Shown: piece after piece, positions 15,038 to 24,532 of the stretch
How positions within the stretch are numbered: the first letter of the stretch is position 1
Layout: each line of letters opens with the position of its first letter
Assembly (NCBI GenBank): GCA_037441385.1
Contig: JBBISH010000016.1
Span: 1 to 64,000, forward strand
Length of the DNA: 64,000 bases
Direction: 5' to 3'
Origin: Myxococcales bacterium
GTDB lineage: Bacteria > Myxococcota_A > UBA9042
Notes under the pieces: generated by a model
The model's database searches: none
Told to the model about the DNA's origin: nothing
The model's input: the letters and a program-made list of their open reading frames with translations, nothing else
Translations under genes and position numbers: made by a program

Positions 15038-16564
15038 ATGTCCACGGGTAGTCCGAAATTCTGTGCGGCGTGCGGTCACGCTCTGCAGCCTGGGGCCAAG
15101 TTCTGCCCCGATTGCGGCGAGAAACTCACGCCGGCCCAAGCGGCCGAACAAGCCAAGATCGAAGAGAAAAAGGCCGAGCCCGCCGCCGCCGAGCCAGCGC
15201 CTGCCGCTCCCGCCAAGCCGGCCGCCGCCAAGCCTGCTCCGGCGCCGAGTGCCGCCAGCGATCACGACGATCACCTGCCGCCGCCGGATCACGACGACGA
15301 CCTGGACGAGTTGCACCCGCACAAGCTGCACAGCGGGCCGTCTACACCGCTGATCGCGGGCGGGATTGCCCTGGTGGTCATGCTGGGCGCGGTCCTGTTC
15401 CTGACGACCAACCCCGAGCGTTTGGCGGCCTTCCAGTGCCGCGTGCTCGGCCAGGCCGACAAGTGCGAGACCGAGGCGATGAAACTCGCCAAGCTGAAGA
15501 AGCAGCAGAACGAAGAAGAGCAGCAGCTGATGGTGTCGGCGGCGGCGCAGTTCGATCTGAGCTTCGACCCCAAGGAGTCGTGGGTCACCATCGTGCAGAA
15601 GCGCTACGAAGAGCCGCGCGACGACTTCGTCAAGCGGGTGCGCGACAACGGCCCCGACGCCCGCAAACTGGTCGAGACCCGCTTTGGCGACTACGTCGTC
15701 AGCAAGGCCAAGGGCGAGCAAGGCCAAATCAAGGGCGCTATTGCCTTTGTCACCGCCGAAGAGTGGACCGCCAAGCACTCGTCGCCCGAGACGCAGCCTG
15801 CGCTGATCCCCGAGTCGCCTCCGCCGCCGCCCAAGCCGGGTGATCCGCCACCGCCGCCGCCGCCGCCGGTTCCGGTGCCGCCCAAGGGGCCGATCTCGTG
15901 GTGGCCCAAGAAGAATCAAGAAATCACGCTGCCCATGGCGGTGCAGAACTTGCCCATGCTCGAAAAGGAGCAGGCCGACGGCGCCGGCAAGCGCCTGACC
16001 GCCGAGGCGATCGCCGAGTTGCAAAAGAAGATCGAGGAAGCGGCGAGCGCCAATGCCGCGCCCAAGAAGGAAGGGGAAGAGGTCAAGAAGGAGGATCCGA
16101 CCAAGGATATCAAGACTGTGGCCGTGTCGACCTGGATCTACGAGGTGCACCTGTGGGCGCCCGGCTACTTCCAGCGCGACATCGTCTTCTTCGACGATCC
16201 GCTGCCGCCCGACCTGGACAAGAAGAAGCTGGAGGCCGACAAGTGGACCGTGCGCAAGTTCAAGAAGACGCCCGACGGCAAGCTGGTCATCGACAATGCT
16301 AGCTTTGACCTGTTGCCCGAGCCGCGCACGCTGCAGGGCCGCTATCTCCGCGTCCTGAAAGAAATCCACTGCATCAAGCAGAGCAAGGAATACCAGGGCA
16401 AGAGCGCCCAGGGCCAGAAGGACGACGAGGAATTGCTGTGGGAGCAGGCGGCCTTCACCAAGGAGAAGAAGGAGATCGCCATGAAGAACGACGGCGATCC
16501 CCAGTTCGAGGCCGAGCGCCAGAAGATGCTCAAGGAAGCCAAGTGCGAAAAGGCGCCCCAATAA
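15038..16564 (+). CDS. Zinc-ribbon, single-TM membrane protein with a Pro-rich periplasmic region
   Basis: GAGGAG RBS, FCAACGHALQPGAKFCPDCG, Ala/Pro linker, TM LIAGGIALVVMLGAVLFL, poly-Pro tract. Confidence 0.85.
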   Translation: MSTGSPKFCAACGHALQPGAKFCPDCGEKLTPAQAAEQAKIEEKKAEPAAAEPAPAAPAKPAAAKPAPAPSAASDHDDHLPPPDHDDDLDELHPHKLHSGPSTPLIAGGIALVVMLGAVLFLTTNPERLAAFQCRVLGQADKCETEAMKLAKLKKQQNEEEQQLMVSAAAQFDLSFDPKESWVTIVQKRYEEPRDDFVKRVRDNGPDARKLVETRFGDYVVSKAKGEQGQIKGAIAFVTAEEWTAKHSSPETQPALIPESPPPPPKPGDPPPPPPPPVPVPPKGPISWWPKKNQEITLPMAVQNLPMLEKEQADGAGKRLTAEAIAELQKKIEEAASANAAPKKEGEEVKKEDPTKDIKTVAVSTWIYEVHLWAPGYFQRDIVFFDDPLPPDLDKKKLEADKWTVRKFKKTPDGKLVIDNASFDLLPEPRTLQGRYLRVLKEIHCIKQSKEYQGKSAQGQKDDEELLWEQAAFTKEKKEIAMKNDGDPQFEAERQKMLKEAKCEKAPQ

Positions 16565-16629
16565 CCAGCGCTTGGACAGCCTGTTGAAGTTTCTTGCAAG
16601 TCGCATCGGCCCGGAGCAGGATCGGGTCG

Positions 16630-19074
16630 ATGCGTTTCGCCCGCACCAGCGCCGTTGTCTGCCCTCGCCACCCCGCTAGACCGGTGATCTGTCTAGCGAT
16701 CCTTGCGACGCTAGCCATCGCCACGACGGGGCCTGCCCAGGCCGCCGAAGACGGCGAAGATGGTGAACCGGAGACCTCGCCGGTCTGCGAAAATGCGGCC
16801 GAAGCTGCGCCAGCAGCTAGCCAGGGCCGAATTTCGACCGAAGAACTCTACGATCTGACGCTTTTCGAGGAGCAGGACCCCGGCTTCCGGGCGCTGCGCG
16901 AGGCCTACTCCAAGCGCCAGTGGGCGGCGGTGGTCAAGCTGGCCCCCGACGTGGCGGAGCACAGCCGCGTGCCCGGTTTGGCCGCGGCGACGTGGATGCT
17001 GCGCGCCCAGGCCCACGAGGCCCTGCGACAATGGCCCGACGCGGAGCGCAGTTGGCAGCGTTTGGCTCAGTCCGGCGTATTGGCCCAGCGGGCGCGCCTG
17101 CACTTGGCGGAGCTGGCGCTCAAGCGCAAAGACGTGGGCGAAGCGCTGGTGCAGCTCGCAGCCGTGGCGCTGTGGCACGTGGCCCGCGACGAAGCCACGT
17201 TGACCATGGCGCGCCTGGAGTTGGAGCGCGACCACGTGGGGCCTGCGCGCGATGCCCTAGAGCGGATCGAGGCGCATCACCTGCGGCCCGAGCAGCGCGC
17301 CATGTACGCGTACTTGCTGGGAGAAGTGCGCCATCGCTCGGGGCACGACGACGAAGCGCGCGGCCAGTACCGCCAGAGCTGGAACTTGGACAGCGAGCCT
17401 TATTCGGCCAAGGCTGCCAAACGTTTGGCTGACTTGCAGGCCGCGCCCAGCCCGGCTGACCAGATCGAGCGCATCTTGCGTCGCCGCGAAGTCAAGCCCG
17501 GCCAACTCAAGGCTTGGCTGCGCGAGGCTGAGGCGATCACCGAAGAAGACAGCGGTCTGCGCCTGTACGTGCAGGGATCGCTTTGGATTCGCGAGCGCAA
17601 CAGCCGGACGCGGGCCGTAGAGGCTTTGCAGAAGGCGACGGACCTGCTCACCGATCCCGTGCAACTGGCGCGGGCCCTGTACGCCTATGCCGACGCGCTG
17701 GGCAAGACGGGAGACGATCAGGCCGGCATCGAAGCACTGCAGCGGATCGCTACCGTGATCCAAGGCGAGACGAGCCCAGCCGCAGCCGAGGTGTCGGCCC
17801 GCAGTCTGGCCCGGCTGCACCGCCTGTACAACGCCGTCGATCGGCCCGGCGACGCGCTCGCGGCGCTGCGCAAGTTGCTGGATTTGCACCCCGATGCCCA
17901 AGAGCGCGAGTTGGCGGTGTGGGGCCTGGGCTGGCAGCACTTCTTGGCGGGCAATTACCCGGCCGCGCTGGAATTGTTCGTCAAGCTAGAGCGCGAGCAC
18001 GGCAACCTGTGGACCGGCGCGCAGCAGCCCTGGCGGGCCAAGGCCATCTACTGGCAAGCGCGCTGTCTGCAGCAGATGGGCCAGGTCGACGCTGCGCTAG
18101 ACGCGTGGTCCAGCGTCACCAACACCTACGCCCAGACCTACTATGGCATCTTGAGCTTGGACCGCATCGCCGAGATCGACGCCGATCGCGCGGCCCGCCT
18201 GCAGGGACCGCCACCCAGCCCCACCGGTACCGACACGCCGCCGCCCAGCCTGGCGAGGTTGCGCGTCACCCGCTCGCAAGCGCTGGACGAAGCGGCGATC
18301 TTGCTCAAGTCCGGGCTGCAGGGCGAGGCCAAGGCGTTGCTGTCGGAACAGCTGGCCAAGGGGCTGCCGCGCGACGGCGTGCACTTGCTGGCGACCCTGT
18401 ACGACATCGGTGGCAACCGACGGTTGGCCTACGGCGTGATGAGCCGCCACACCCGTCGGGCGGCCCGGCCCGACGATTCGACTGCGCAGGTCTGGCGGCA
18501 GTCCTTCCCGCGCGCTTTCTACGAAGAAGTCGACGCCGCCACTGCCCAGGCCGCGATCGGTCGCTCGACGTTGTATGCCATCGTTCGCCACGAGAGCGCG
18601 TTTGTGCCCACGGTGGTCTCCAAAGCTGGTGCCTACGGCCTGGTTCAAGTGCTGCCCAGCGCGGCCCGGTCGATCGCCGAGCTCTACGGTGTGGCCTACA
18701 GCGGTCCGGGCTCGCTGCTCCGGCCGGCGACGAACCTGCAGATTGGCGCCCTGTACCTGGCCCAATTGATGAGCTTTTACAAGGGCAATCTGCCCGTGGT
18801 CGCAGCGGCCTACAATGCCGGGCCCTACGCGGCGCGCGACTGGGTCAAGCGCTGGCAAAATCAGCCGACCGACGTGTTCGTCGAGAACATCCCTTACCCC
18901 GCCACGCGCGCCTACGTGATGCAAGTGACCGCCAGCGCACAGACCTACGCCTGGCTGTATCCCGAGTGGCAAGAGATCAGCGCCGGCCCGCTGCTGCGCA
19001 CGCCCAACCTGCCGCGCGGCTTTGGCCCGTTCATGCAAAAGCCGGGCGTCGGCGCCACCGCCCTCGTCAATTGA
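16630..19074 (+). CDS. slt: Soluble lytic murein transglycosylase with TPR-like N-terminal region
   Basis: AIVRHESAF...AGAYGLVQVLP, NLQIGALYL and AAYNAGP SLT motifs, plus a signal-peptide-like N-terminus. Start uncertain. Confidence 0.88.
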   Translation: MRFARTSAVVCPRHPARPVICLAILATLAIATTGPAQAAEDGEDGEPETSPVCENAAEAAPAASQGRISTEELYDLTLFEEQDPGFRALREAYSKRQWAAVVKLAPDVAEHSRVPGLAAATWMLRAQAHEALRQWPDAERSWQRLAQSGVLAQRARLHLAELALKRKDVGEALVQLAAVALWHVARDEATLTMARLELERDHVGPARDALERIEAHHLRPEQRAMYAYLLGEVRHRSGHDDEARGQYRQSWNLDSEPYSAKAAKRLADLQAAPSPADQIERILRRREVKPGQLKAWLREAEAITEEDSGLRLYVQGSLWIRERNSRTRAVEALQKATDLLTDPVQLARALYAYADALGKTGDDQAGIEALQRIATVIQGETSPAAAEVSARSLARLHRLYNAVDRPGDALAALRKLLDLHPDAQERELAVWGLGWQHFLAGNYPAALELFVKLEREHGNLWTGAQQPWRAKAIYWQARCLQQMGQVDAALDAWSSVTNTYAQTYYGILSLDRIAEIDADRAARLQGPPPSPTGTDTPPPSLARLRVTRSQALDEAAILLKSGLQGEAKALLSEQLAKGLPRDGVHLLATLYDIGGNRRLAYGVMSRHTRRAARPDDSTAQVWRQSFPRAFYEEVDAATAQAAIGRSTLYAIVRHESAFVPTVVSKAGAYGLVQVLPSAARSIAELYGVAYSGPGSLLRPATNLQIGALYLAQLMSFYKGNLPVVAAAYNAGPYAARDWVKRWQNQPTDVFVENIPYPATRAYVMQVTASAQTYAWLYPEWQEISAGPLLRTPNLPRGFGPFMQKPGVGATALVN

Positions 19075-19099
19075 GCGCGCGGACTGCTATGCTCGCCGC

Positions 19100-20905
19100 A
19101 TGAGCGAAGCCCCGCGCATCCACCTTCTAGACGCTGCTGTGGCCAACCAGATCGCCGCGGGCGAAGTGGTGGAGCGCCCGGCGTCGGTGGTCAAGGAACT
19201 CGTCGAAAACTCGGTAGATGCCGGTGCGCGACGCATCACCGTGCGTCTGGTCGACGGTGGCCGCACCTTGGTGGCGGTCAGCGACGATGGCTGCGGCATG
19301 AGCGCCGGCGACGCCCGCCTGGCCTTTGCCCGCCACGCCACCAGCAAAATCGCCAGCGCCGAAGACCTCATCGACATCGGCACCTACGGCTTTCGCGGCG
19401 AGGCCCTGGCCTCGATCCTGGCGGTGGCGCGGGTCACGCTGACCACACGCCGGCAGCAAGATCCGGTGGGCACGCGCCTGCGCGGCGCTGGGGGCGTCGA
19501 CCTGGACGAGAGCCCGGTTGGCTGCGCGGTCGGGACCAGCATCGAGATCGCCGACCTGTTCTGGAATGTACCGGCCCGCCTGAAGTTCTTGCGCACCGCC
19601 GCCACCGAGCTGGGTCAGGTCGTCAAGTACCTGGACGCCTTGGCGCTGGCCCGCCCCGACCTGCACGTGACGCTGTTCTCGGGCGACCGCAAGCTGCTGG
19701 ACTATCCGCCCGACCCGGATCTGCCGCGGCGGGCGGCGGCCGTGCTGGGGCGTGAGGTGGCCGATCGTCTGTATCCTGTGGAAGAGAATCAGGAATACGT
19801 GGTGCGCGGCTTGCTCTCGGACCCCGGGCTGACCCACGGCGGCCCCGGCCAGCTGACCCTCCTCGTGGGTGGACGACCAGTCAGCGACCGCGTGCTGGCC
19901 CAAGCGATCGCCCAGGCTTACGGCACGTTGCTTGAGCGCGGCCGCTACCCGATGGGCGTGCTCCGCATCGACTGCCCGCCCGGTACGGTGGACGTCAACG
20001 TGCACCCCGCCAAGACCGAAGTGCGCTTTGCCTCCAGCGGGGCCGTGTTTGGCGCGGTGCTGCGGGCCCTGCAGCCGATGCTAGCGGCGACCCCGTGGAT
20101 TGCTCAGCAACTGCAAGAGGATGCCAGGCCTGCGTCCAGTGTCAGTGCCCTGCCGCGCTCGCCCTCTGCCACCCGACCGAGCGACTGGTCCGCGGGCCTG
20201 CCATCGGTGCTTCGGCCGCAAGCGGTGTGGTCGGGGGGCGTTGCCGATGCCGGTCCGGCGCGGTCGGTGGCGTTGGAGTTGCCCGCCGCGCCCGCGTTGG
20301 ACGCCGTGGGCGCAGGCACGGGGCCGTGGTCCAGTCTGCGCTATGTCGGGCAGGTGGGCCGCTGCTACCTGGTGTGCGAGTCGCCCGAGGCGCTACTACT
20401 CATCGATCAACACGCCGCCCACGAGCGCATCCTTTACGAGGAGTTCAGCCAGTCGATCCACGCCGGCAACTACCCGTCGCAGCGGCTGTTGTCGCCGATC
20501 GCCGTGCCGCTGCCCCCGGCGGAAGTGGCGGCGCTGCAGGCCGATACAGAACTGCTGGACCGCCTGGGCTTTGAGATCGAGCCGGGCGGCGAGCGGCTCG
20601 TGCGCGTGCGCGCCTATCCGTCGCTGCTGAAACCCGCGGCTGTGGCCGGCGAAGTCCGCGAAATTGCTGCGTCGCTGGTCCAGGGCGGCCAGGCCCAGTC
20701 CACTAGCGAGCGTTTGCAGCGCTTTGTGGCCACGCTGGCCTGCCATGCAGCGTTCCGCGCCGGCGATCCGATGTTCGAGGCCGACGTGCTGCGCCTATTG
20801 CAGCAGATGGACCGCATCGATCTGGCCGCCTATTGCCCGCATGGCCGACCCGTGTGGATGCGCGCCAAATTCGACGACGTCGGGCGCTGGTTCCACCGGA
20901 CGTAG
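19100..20905 (+). CDS. mutL: DNA mismatch repair endonuclease MutL
   Basis: IAAGEVVERPASVVKELVENS, GFRGEAL, DQHAAHERILYE, ACH, CPHGRP. Confidence 0.98.
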   Translation: MSEAPRIHLLDAAVANQIAAGEVVERPASVVKELVENSVDAGARRITVRLVDGGRTLVAVSDDGCGMSAGDARLAFARHATSKIASAEDLIDIGTYGFRGEALASILAVARVTLTTRRQQDPVGTRLRGAGGVDLDESPVGCAVGTSIEIADLFWNVPARLKFLRTAATELGQVVKYLDALALARPDLHVTLFSGDRKLLDYPPDPDLPRRAAAVLGREVADRLYPVEENQEYVVRGLLSDPGLTHGGPGQLTLLVGGRPVSDRVLAQAIAQAYGTLLERGRYPMGVLRIDCPPGTVDVNVHPAKTEVRFASSGAVFGAVLRALQPMLAATPWIAQQLQEDARPASSVSALPRSPSATRPSDWSAGLPSVLRPQAVWSGGVADAGPARSVALELPAAPALDAVGAGTGPWSSLRYVGQVGRCYLVCESPEALLLIDQHAAHERILYEEFSQSIHAGNYPSQRLLSPIAVPLPPAEVAALQADTELLDRLGFEIEPGGERLVRVRAYPSLLKPAAVAGEVREIAASLVQGGQAQSTSERLQRFVATLACHAAFRAGDPMFEADVLRLLQQMDRIDLAAYCPHGRPVWMRAKFDDVGRWFHRT

Positions 20906-20907
20906 CC

Positions 20908-21849
20908 ATGCTCGCGCCACCCCTTCGTATTGCGGCCATCGTGGGGCCCACGGCCGCCGGCAAATCGGCCCTGGCGCTGCGCCTTCACGCGGCCGGGCTG
21001 CCGGTCGAGCTCGTCAACTGCGACGCGCTGCAGGTGTACCGCGGCCTGGACGCGGGGACCGCCAAACCCGATGCGACCGAGCGGGCGCAAGTGCCGATCC
21101 ACCTGTTGGATCTGGTCGAGGCGCACGAGGCCATGACTGCCGGTCGCTGGGCCGACCTGGCGCGGCCGCTGTTGGCGGATATCGCCGGGCGTGGGCACCT
21201 GCCGCTGCTGGTGGGCGGCACGGGGCTGTATGTGCGGGCACTCCTGCGCGGCTTGGCGCCGATCCCGCCGGTTGACTCGCAGTTGCGCGCCGATCTGGAG
21301 CAGCGCTACCGCGGCGCCGGCGCCCTGGCCCTGCACGCGGAGCTGGCGGCCCTGGACCCCGAGTACGCTGCCCAGACGCCGGCCGCCAACCGCCAGCGCG
21401 TGTTGCGGGCCTTGGAAGTCGCCCTGGGCACGGGCAAAGCGTTTTCGCAGTGGCACCGCGAACATCAGGCGCAGCCGCCCGCCTACGACTGCTTCTTGGC
21501 CGTGCTGCAGCCGCAGCGGGCCTGGTTGATGGAGCGCATCGACCGCCGCGCCGCCGCGATGGCGGAGCCTTTGCTCGCCGAGGTTGCGCAACTGCTCGCG
21601 ACCGGGGTCGACGCCACGGCGCCCGGCATGCAGGCCCTGGGCTACCGCGATGCCGCCCTGGTCGCCACGGGTCAAGCCGACGCGGCAGGATTTGCCCAGC
21701 GCCTGGCCCTGGCCCATCGCCAGTACGCCAAGCGCCAACAGACTTGGTTTGCCGCCGAGTCAGCCGACCTGCGCTTGGACAACGCCCAAGAGGACCCGCT
21801 CGCCGCGCTGCGGCAGGCCGTGGAACTGCACTTCACCACTGCACTTTGA
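20908..21849 (+). CDS. miaA: tRNA dimethylallyltransferase
   Basis: GPTAAGKS, DALQVYRGLDAGTAKP, VGGTGLY, YAKRQQTWF; directly follows mutL. Confidence 0.96.
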   Translation: MLAPPLRIAAIVGPTAAGKSALALRLHAAGLPVELVNCDALQVYRGLDAGTAKPDATERAQVPIHLLDLVEAHEAMTAGRWADLARPLLADIAGRGHLPLLVGGTGLYVRALLRGLAPIPPVDSQLRADLEQRYRGAGALALHAELAALDPEYAAQTPAANRQRVLRALEVALGTGKAFSQWHREHQAQPPAYDCFLAVLQPQRAWLMERIDRRAAAMAEPLLAEVAQLLATGVDATAPGMQALGYRDAALVATGQADAAGFAQRLALAHRQYAKRQQTWFAAESADLRLDNAQEDPLAALRQAVELHFTTAL

Positions 21850-22330
21850 GTAACTGTACTTTGATCCACTGCGCCAGCCGCAGCGGCAGCGCATCGCGGG
21901 CCACCTGGTCCTGCCAGCCCGGCGTACCAAAGAAGTCGACCAGGCGTGCCGCCCAGAACACCGTCAAGATCAACAGCATCGCCCCGCCCAGCCAACGCGG
22001 CGACCGCGGCAGCGACTGTCCGCGCACCCGCCGCAGGATCGCCAGGCCCCACCAGCCCAGCGCCCAGGTCCACCACAGCGGCGCCAGCAGGTTGAAGCCC
22101 AGCGCCGCCCGCCATTCGCCGTGCATCAGCGCCACCGTCGCCCGTGTCAGGCCGCAGCCCGCGCAGGGCACCCCAAAGCTCAAGCGAAAGACGCACAGGA
22201 TCGGCCCTGCCTTGACTTGCGGCAACTCCAGGGCTAGCGCCACGGCCAGCGCCAGGGGAATCGCCCACAGTCCGGGCTGGTCCCTCAGGTCGGTCCACAG
22301 GGCTTGGCGCTGGAAAGGGGCAATGCGCAT
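21833..22330 (-). CDS. DUF2752-like small membrane protein
   Basis: CVFRLSFGVPCAGCGLTRA motif flanked by TM helices; convergent overlap with miaA. Confidence 0.85.
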   Translation of the reverse strand: MRIAPFQRQALWTDLRDQPGLWAIPLALAVALALELPQVKAGPILCVFRLSFGVPCAGCGLTRATVALMHGEWRAALGFNLLAPLWWTWALGWWGLAILRRVRGQSLPRSPRWLGGAMLLILTVFWAARLVDFFGTPGWQDQVARDALPLRLAQWIKVQLLKVQW

Positions 22331-22514
22331 CGCAACCGAGCATTGTCCGCCAGCCCCGGCCCGCCGTCTACCGGTCGGTGAATGCGTCGGGTCAGGCATG
22401 CGTATCTGCCTGTGACGGGGGCGGTTCGCTGCCGGTTGCGCCGATCGCCGCGCCGGGCTACCCTGCTGCCGACGAACCAGGCTGCTCGCCAGCCGCTCGC
22501 CTTTGGAGTCTGCC

Positions 22515-23342
22515 ATGCGCCGGATGTTCCCTCAATTCGCCATGATGTTCGCGATGGCGGCCGCTGTTGGCTCTGCCGTTGCCCCCGTCGCGCCTGCCTT
22601 TGCCGAAGCGCCCGATGCGCCCAAGACCGACGAGCCGGCCGACCGCGCCGCCGAGCGCCTGAACGAAGAGGGCAAGAAGCTGGTGGTCTCTGGCAAGTAC
22701 GAGGAAGCGCTAGAGAAGTTCCGTGCGTCGCTCAAGCTTTTCCCGCTCTCCAACGCGATCTTCAACGTCGGCTCGATGCTCTACACGCTCAAGCAGTACG
22801 AAGAGGCGTTCCCCTACCTGGACTACACGCTGCGCGCCCCACTGGACCCGCGCCAGCGCGAGATCGTGCTGCAATACCGCGAAAACGTGATCACCCAGCT
22901 CAAGGGCACCCACGCGGTCATCCAGGTCGAGTCCAGCCCCCCGGGTGCCCAGGTGGCCCTCAACAACAAGCCGCTCCCCTTCGAAACGCCTATGAAAGTG
23001 CTGGTGCCGTTTGGCGCCGCAGATGTCACGGTGACGCTGCCCGGCTTCAAGGCCACCACCAAGGTGGTCACGAGCAGCCGCGCCGATCCGCCCAAAGACG
23101 TGCGGGTGCGCCTAGAGCGCGACGATCCCGACGCCGCCGTCACCGTGTTTTGCCCGCCCGGTGCCGACGTGTTCATCGACGGACAAATGGTGGGCGTCGA
23201 GCAGGTCCGCACGCGGCTCCTGGTTGGCGCGCACATGGTCCGGTGTGGCAAAACGTCCAAAAACAAGGCGTTCGAACGTGAGATCCAGGTGCGCCCTGCG
23301 CCGCAAGCCAACGCCTTCGAATTCAGCACGGTCAAGCAATAG
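22515..23342 (+). CDS. Secreted TPR + PEGA domain protein
   Basis: GGAG RBS, signal peptide ending AFA, TPR-like helices, and PEGA-like VESSPPGAQVALN and PPGADVFIDG. Confidence 0.85.
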   Translation: MRRMFPQFAMMFAMAAAVGSAVAPVAPAFAEAPDAPKTDEPADRAAERLNEEGKKLVVSGKYEEALEKFRASLKLFPLSNAIFNVGSMLYTLKQYEEAFPYLDYTLRAPLDPRQREIVLQYRENVITQLKGTHAVIQVESSPPGAQVALNNKPLPFETPMKVLVPFGAADVTVTLPGFKATTKVVTSSRADPPKDVRVRLERDDPDAAVTVFCPPGADVFIDGQMVGVEQVRTRLLVGAHMVRCGKTSKNKAFEREIQVRPAPQANAFEFSTVKQ

Positions 23343-23372
23343 TCCATTGCCCCGTCCAAAGTAGCCAACCTC

Positions 23373-24452
23373 ATGAATCCCTCTGTTGCCCCCGGCTTCT
23401 CCTTCCGCAGTGGGGGTGACGCGCTCGGTCTATGCCGCGTCATCGAACCCCTTGGAATGCTTCCCCAAGCTGCTGAGCGCGTCGACAATCAACTGCCGCC
23501 CTACGCCAGCGAGGTCTGGCTCGATGTCGAGACCCTGAACATCGACGCGGCTTCGTTCGTGCAGCTCGAGGCCACTGAAAAGGCGGGCGGCCCGCCGGTG
23601 GCTCAACAGATCCTTGATATTATTGCGGTTCGCGGCAAGATGCAGAACCCGGTCACGGGCTCGGGCGGCATGCTGCTGGGCCGCATCAAGGCGCTGGGTC
23701 CCGACTACACCGGCCCGCTGCAGGGCGCCCCCGTGGGTACCCGTGTCGCCACCCTGGTCTCGCTCACGCTGACGCCGCTCCATATCGACCGCATCGTCGA
23801 GTTGCGGCCGCAGGCCCATCAGGTCGTCGTTCAGGGGCGCGCGCACCTGCCGTCGTCGGCGCCCATCGCGGTGCTGCCAAATGATTTTCCCGACGCCCTG
23901 GCGCTGTCGATCCTGGACGTGGCGGGCGCGCCCGCGCTGGTCGACCGCTGGGCCAAGCACCTGCCCCACGGGGGCTCGCTGCTGGTCATCGGCGCCGGCA
24001 AGGCGGGCATCCTGTCGCTGGCGGCTGCTCGCCAGGCCCGTCCCGACCTGAAACTGTTCGCGATTGACTACCACCAGGCCTCGGTCGACGCCGTGTTGGC
24101 TGCCGGGCTGTGCGACGACGGCCTGGCCCTGGACGCCAGCCGCGCCATCGACGTGCGGGCCGCCGCGCAGCAGTGGACTGCGGGCCAGGGCATGGACGCG
24201 GTGGTCAACATGGCCAGCCTGCCCGGCACCGAGATGGCCACCATCCTGGCCGCCAAGTCGCGCGCCTTGTGCTTGTTCTTTGGCATGGCGACGTCGTTCA
24301 CCCGGGTCGCGCTGGGCGCCGAGGGCGTGGGCGCCGACGTCGACCTCCTCATCGGCAACGGCTACGCCATCGGCCACGCGGACTTCGCGCTGGATCTGGT
24401 GCGGTCGATGCCGGCGGTCCGCGAGTTGCTGGTGCGGCGGTTTGCGGCCTAA
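23373..24452 (+). CDS. kdd: L-erythro-3,5-diaminohexanoate dehydrogenase-like protein
   Basis: RVIEPLGMLPQAAER, LNIDAASF, GKMQNPVTGSGGML, ATLVSLTLTPL, LGAEGVG..LLIGNGY. Confidence 0.85.
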   Translation: MNPSVAPGFSFRSGGDALGLCRVIEPLGMLPQAAERVDNQLPPYASEVWLDVETLNIDAASFVQLEATEKAGGPPVAQQILDIIAVRGKMQNPVTGSGGMLLGRIKALGPDYTGPLQGAPVGTRVATLVSLTLTPLHIDRIVELRPQAHQVVVQGRAHLPSSAPIAVLPNDFPDALALSILDVAGAPALVDRWAKHLPHGGSLLVIGAGKAGILSLAAARQARPDLKLFAIDYHQASVDAVLAAGLCDDGLALDASRAIDVRAAAQQWTAGQGMDAVVNMASLPGTEMATILAAKSRALCLFFGMATSFTRVALGAEGVGADVDLLIGNGYAIGHADFALDLVRSMPAVRELLVRRFAA

Positions 24453-24469
24453 GTTTGCACATTTGCCCT

Positions 24470-24510
24470 AAAAAACGTCGAAGCCGACGACCGCAAGGCC
24501 GCCGGCTTCT
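24470..24510 (-). terminator. Intrinsic terminator downstream of the OmpA gene
   Basis: Minus strand GAAGCCGGCGGCC-TTGC-GGTCGTCGGCTTC followed by GACGTTTTTT, between convergent genes. Confidence 0.7.
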
Positions 24511-24532
24511 TCGTCTTGGGTCTGGGGAGCGC

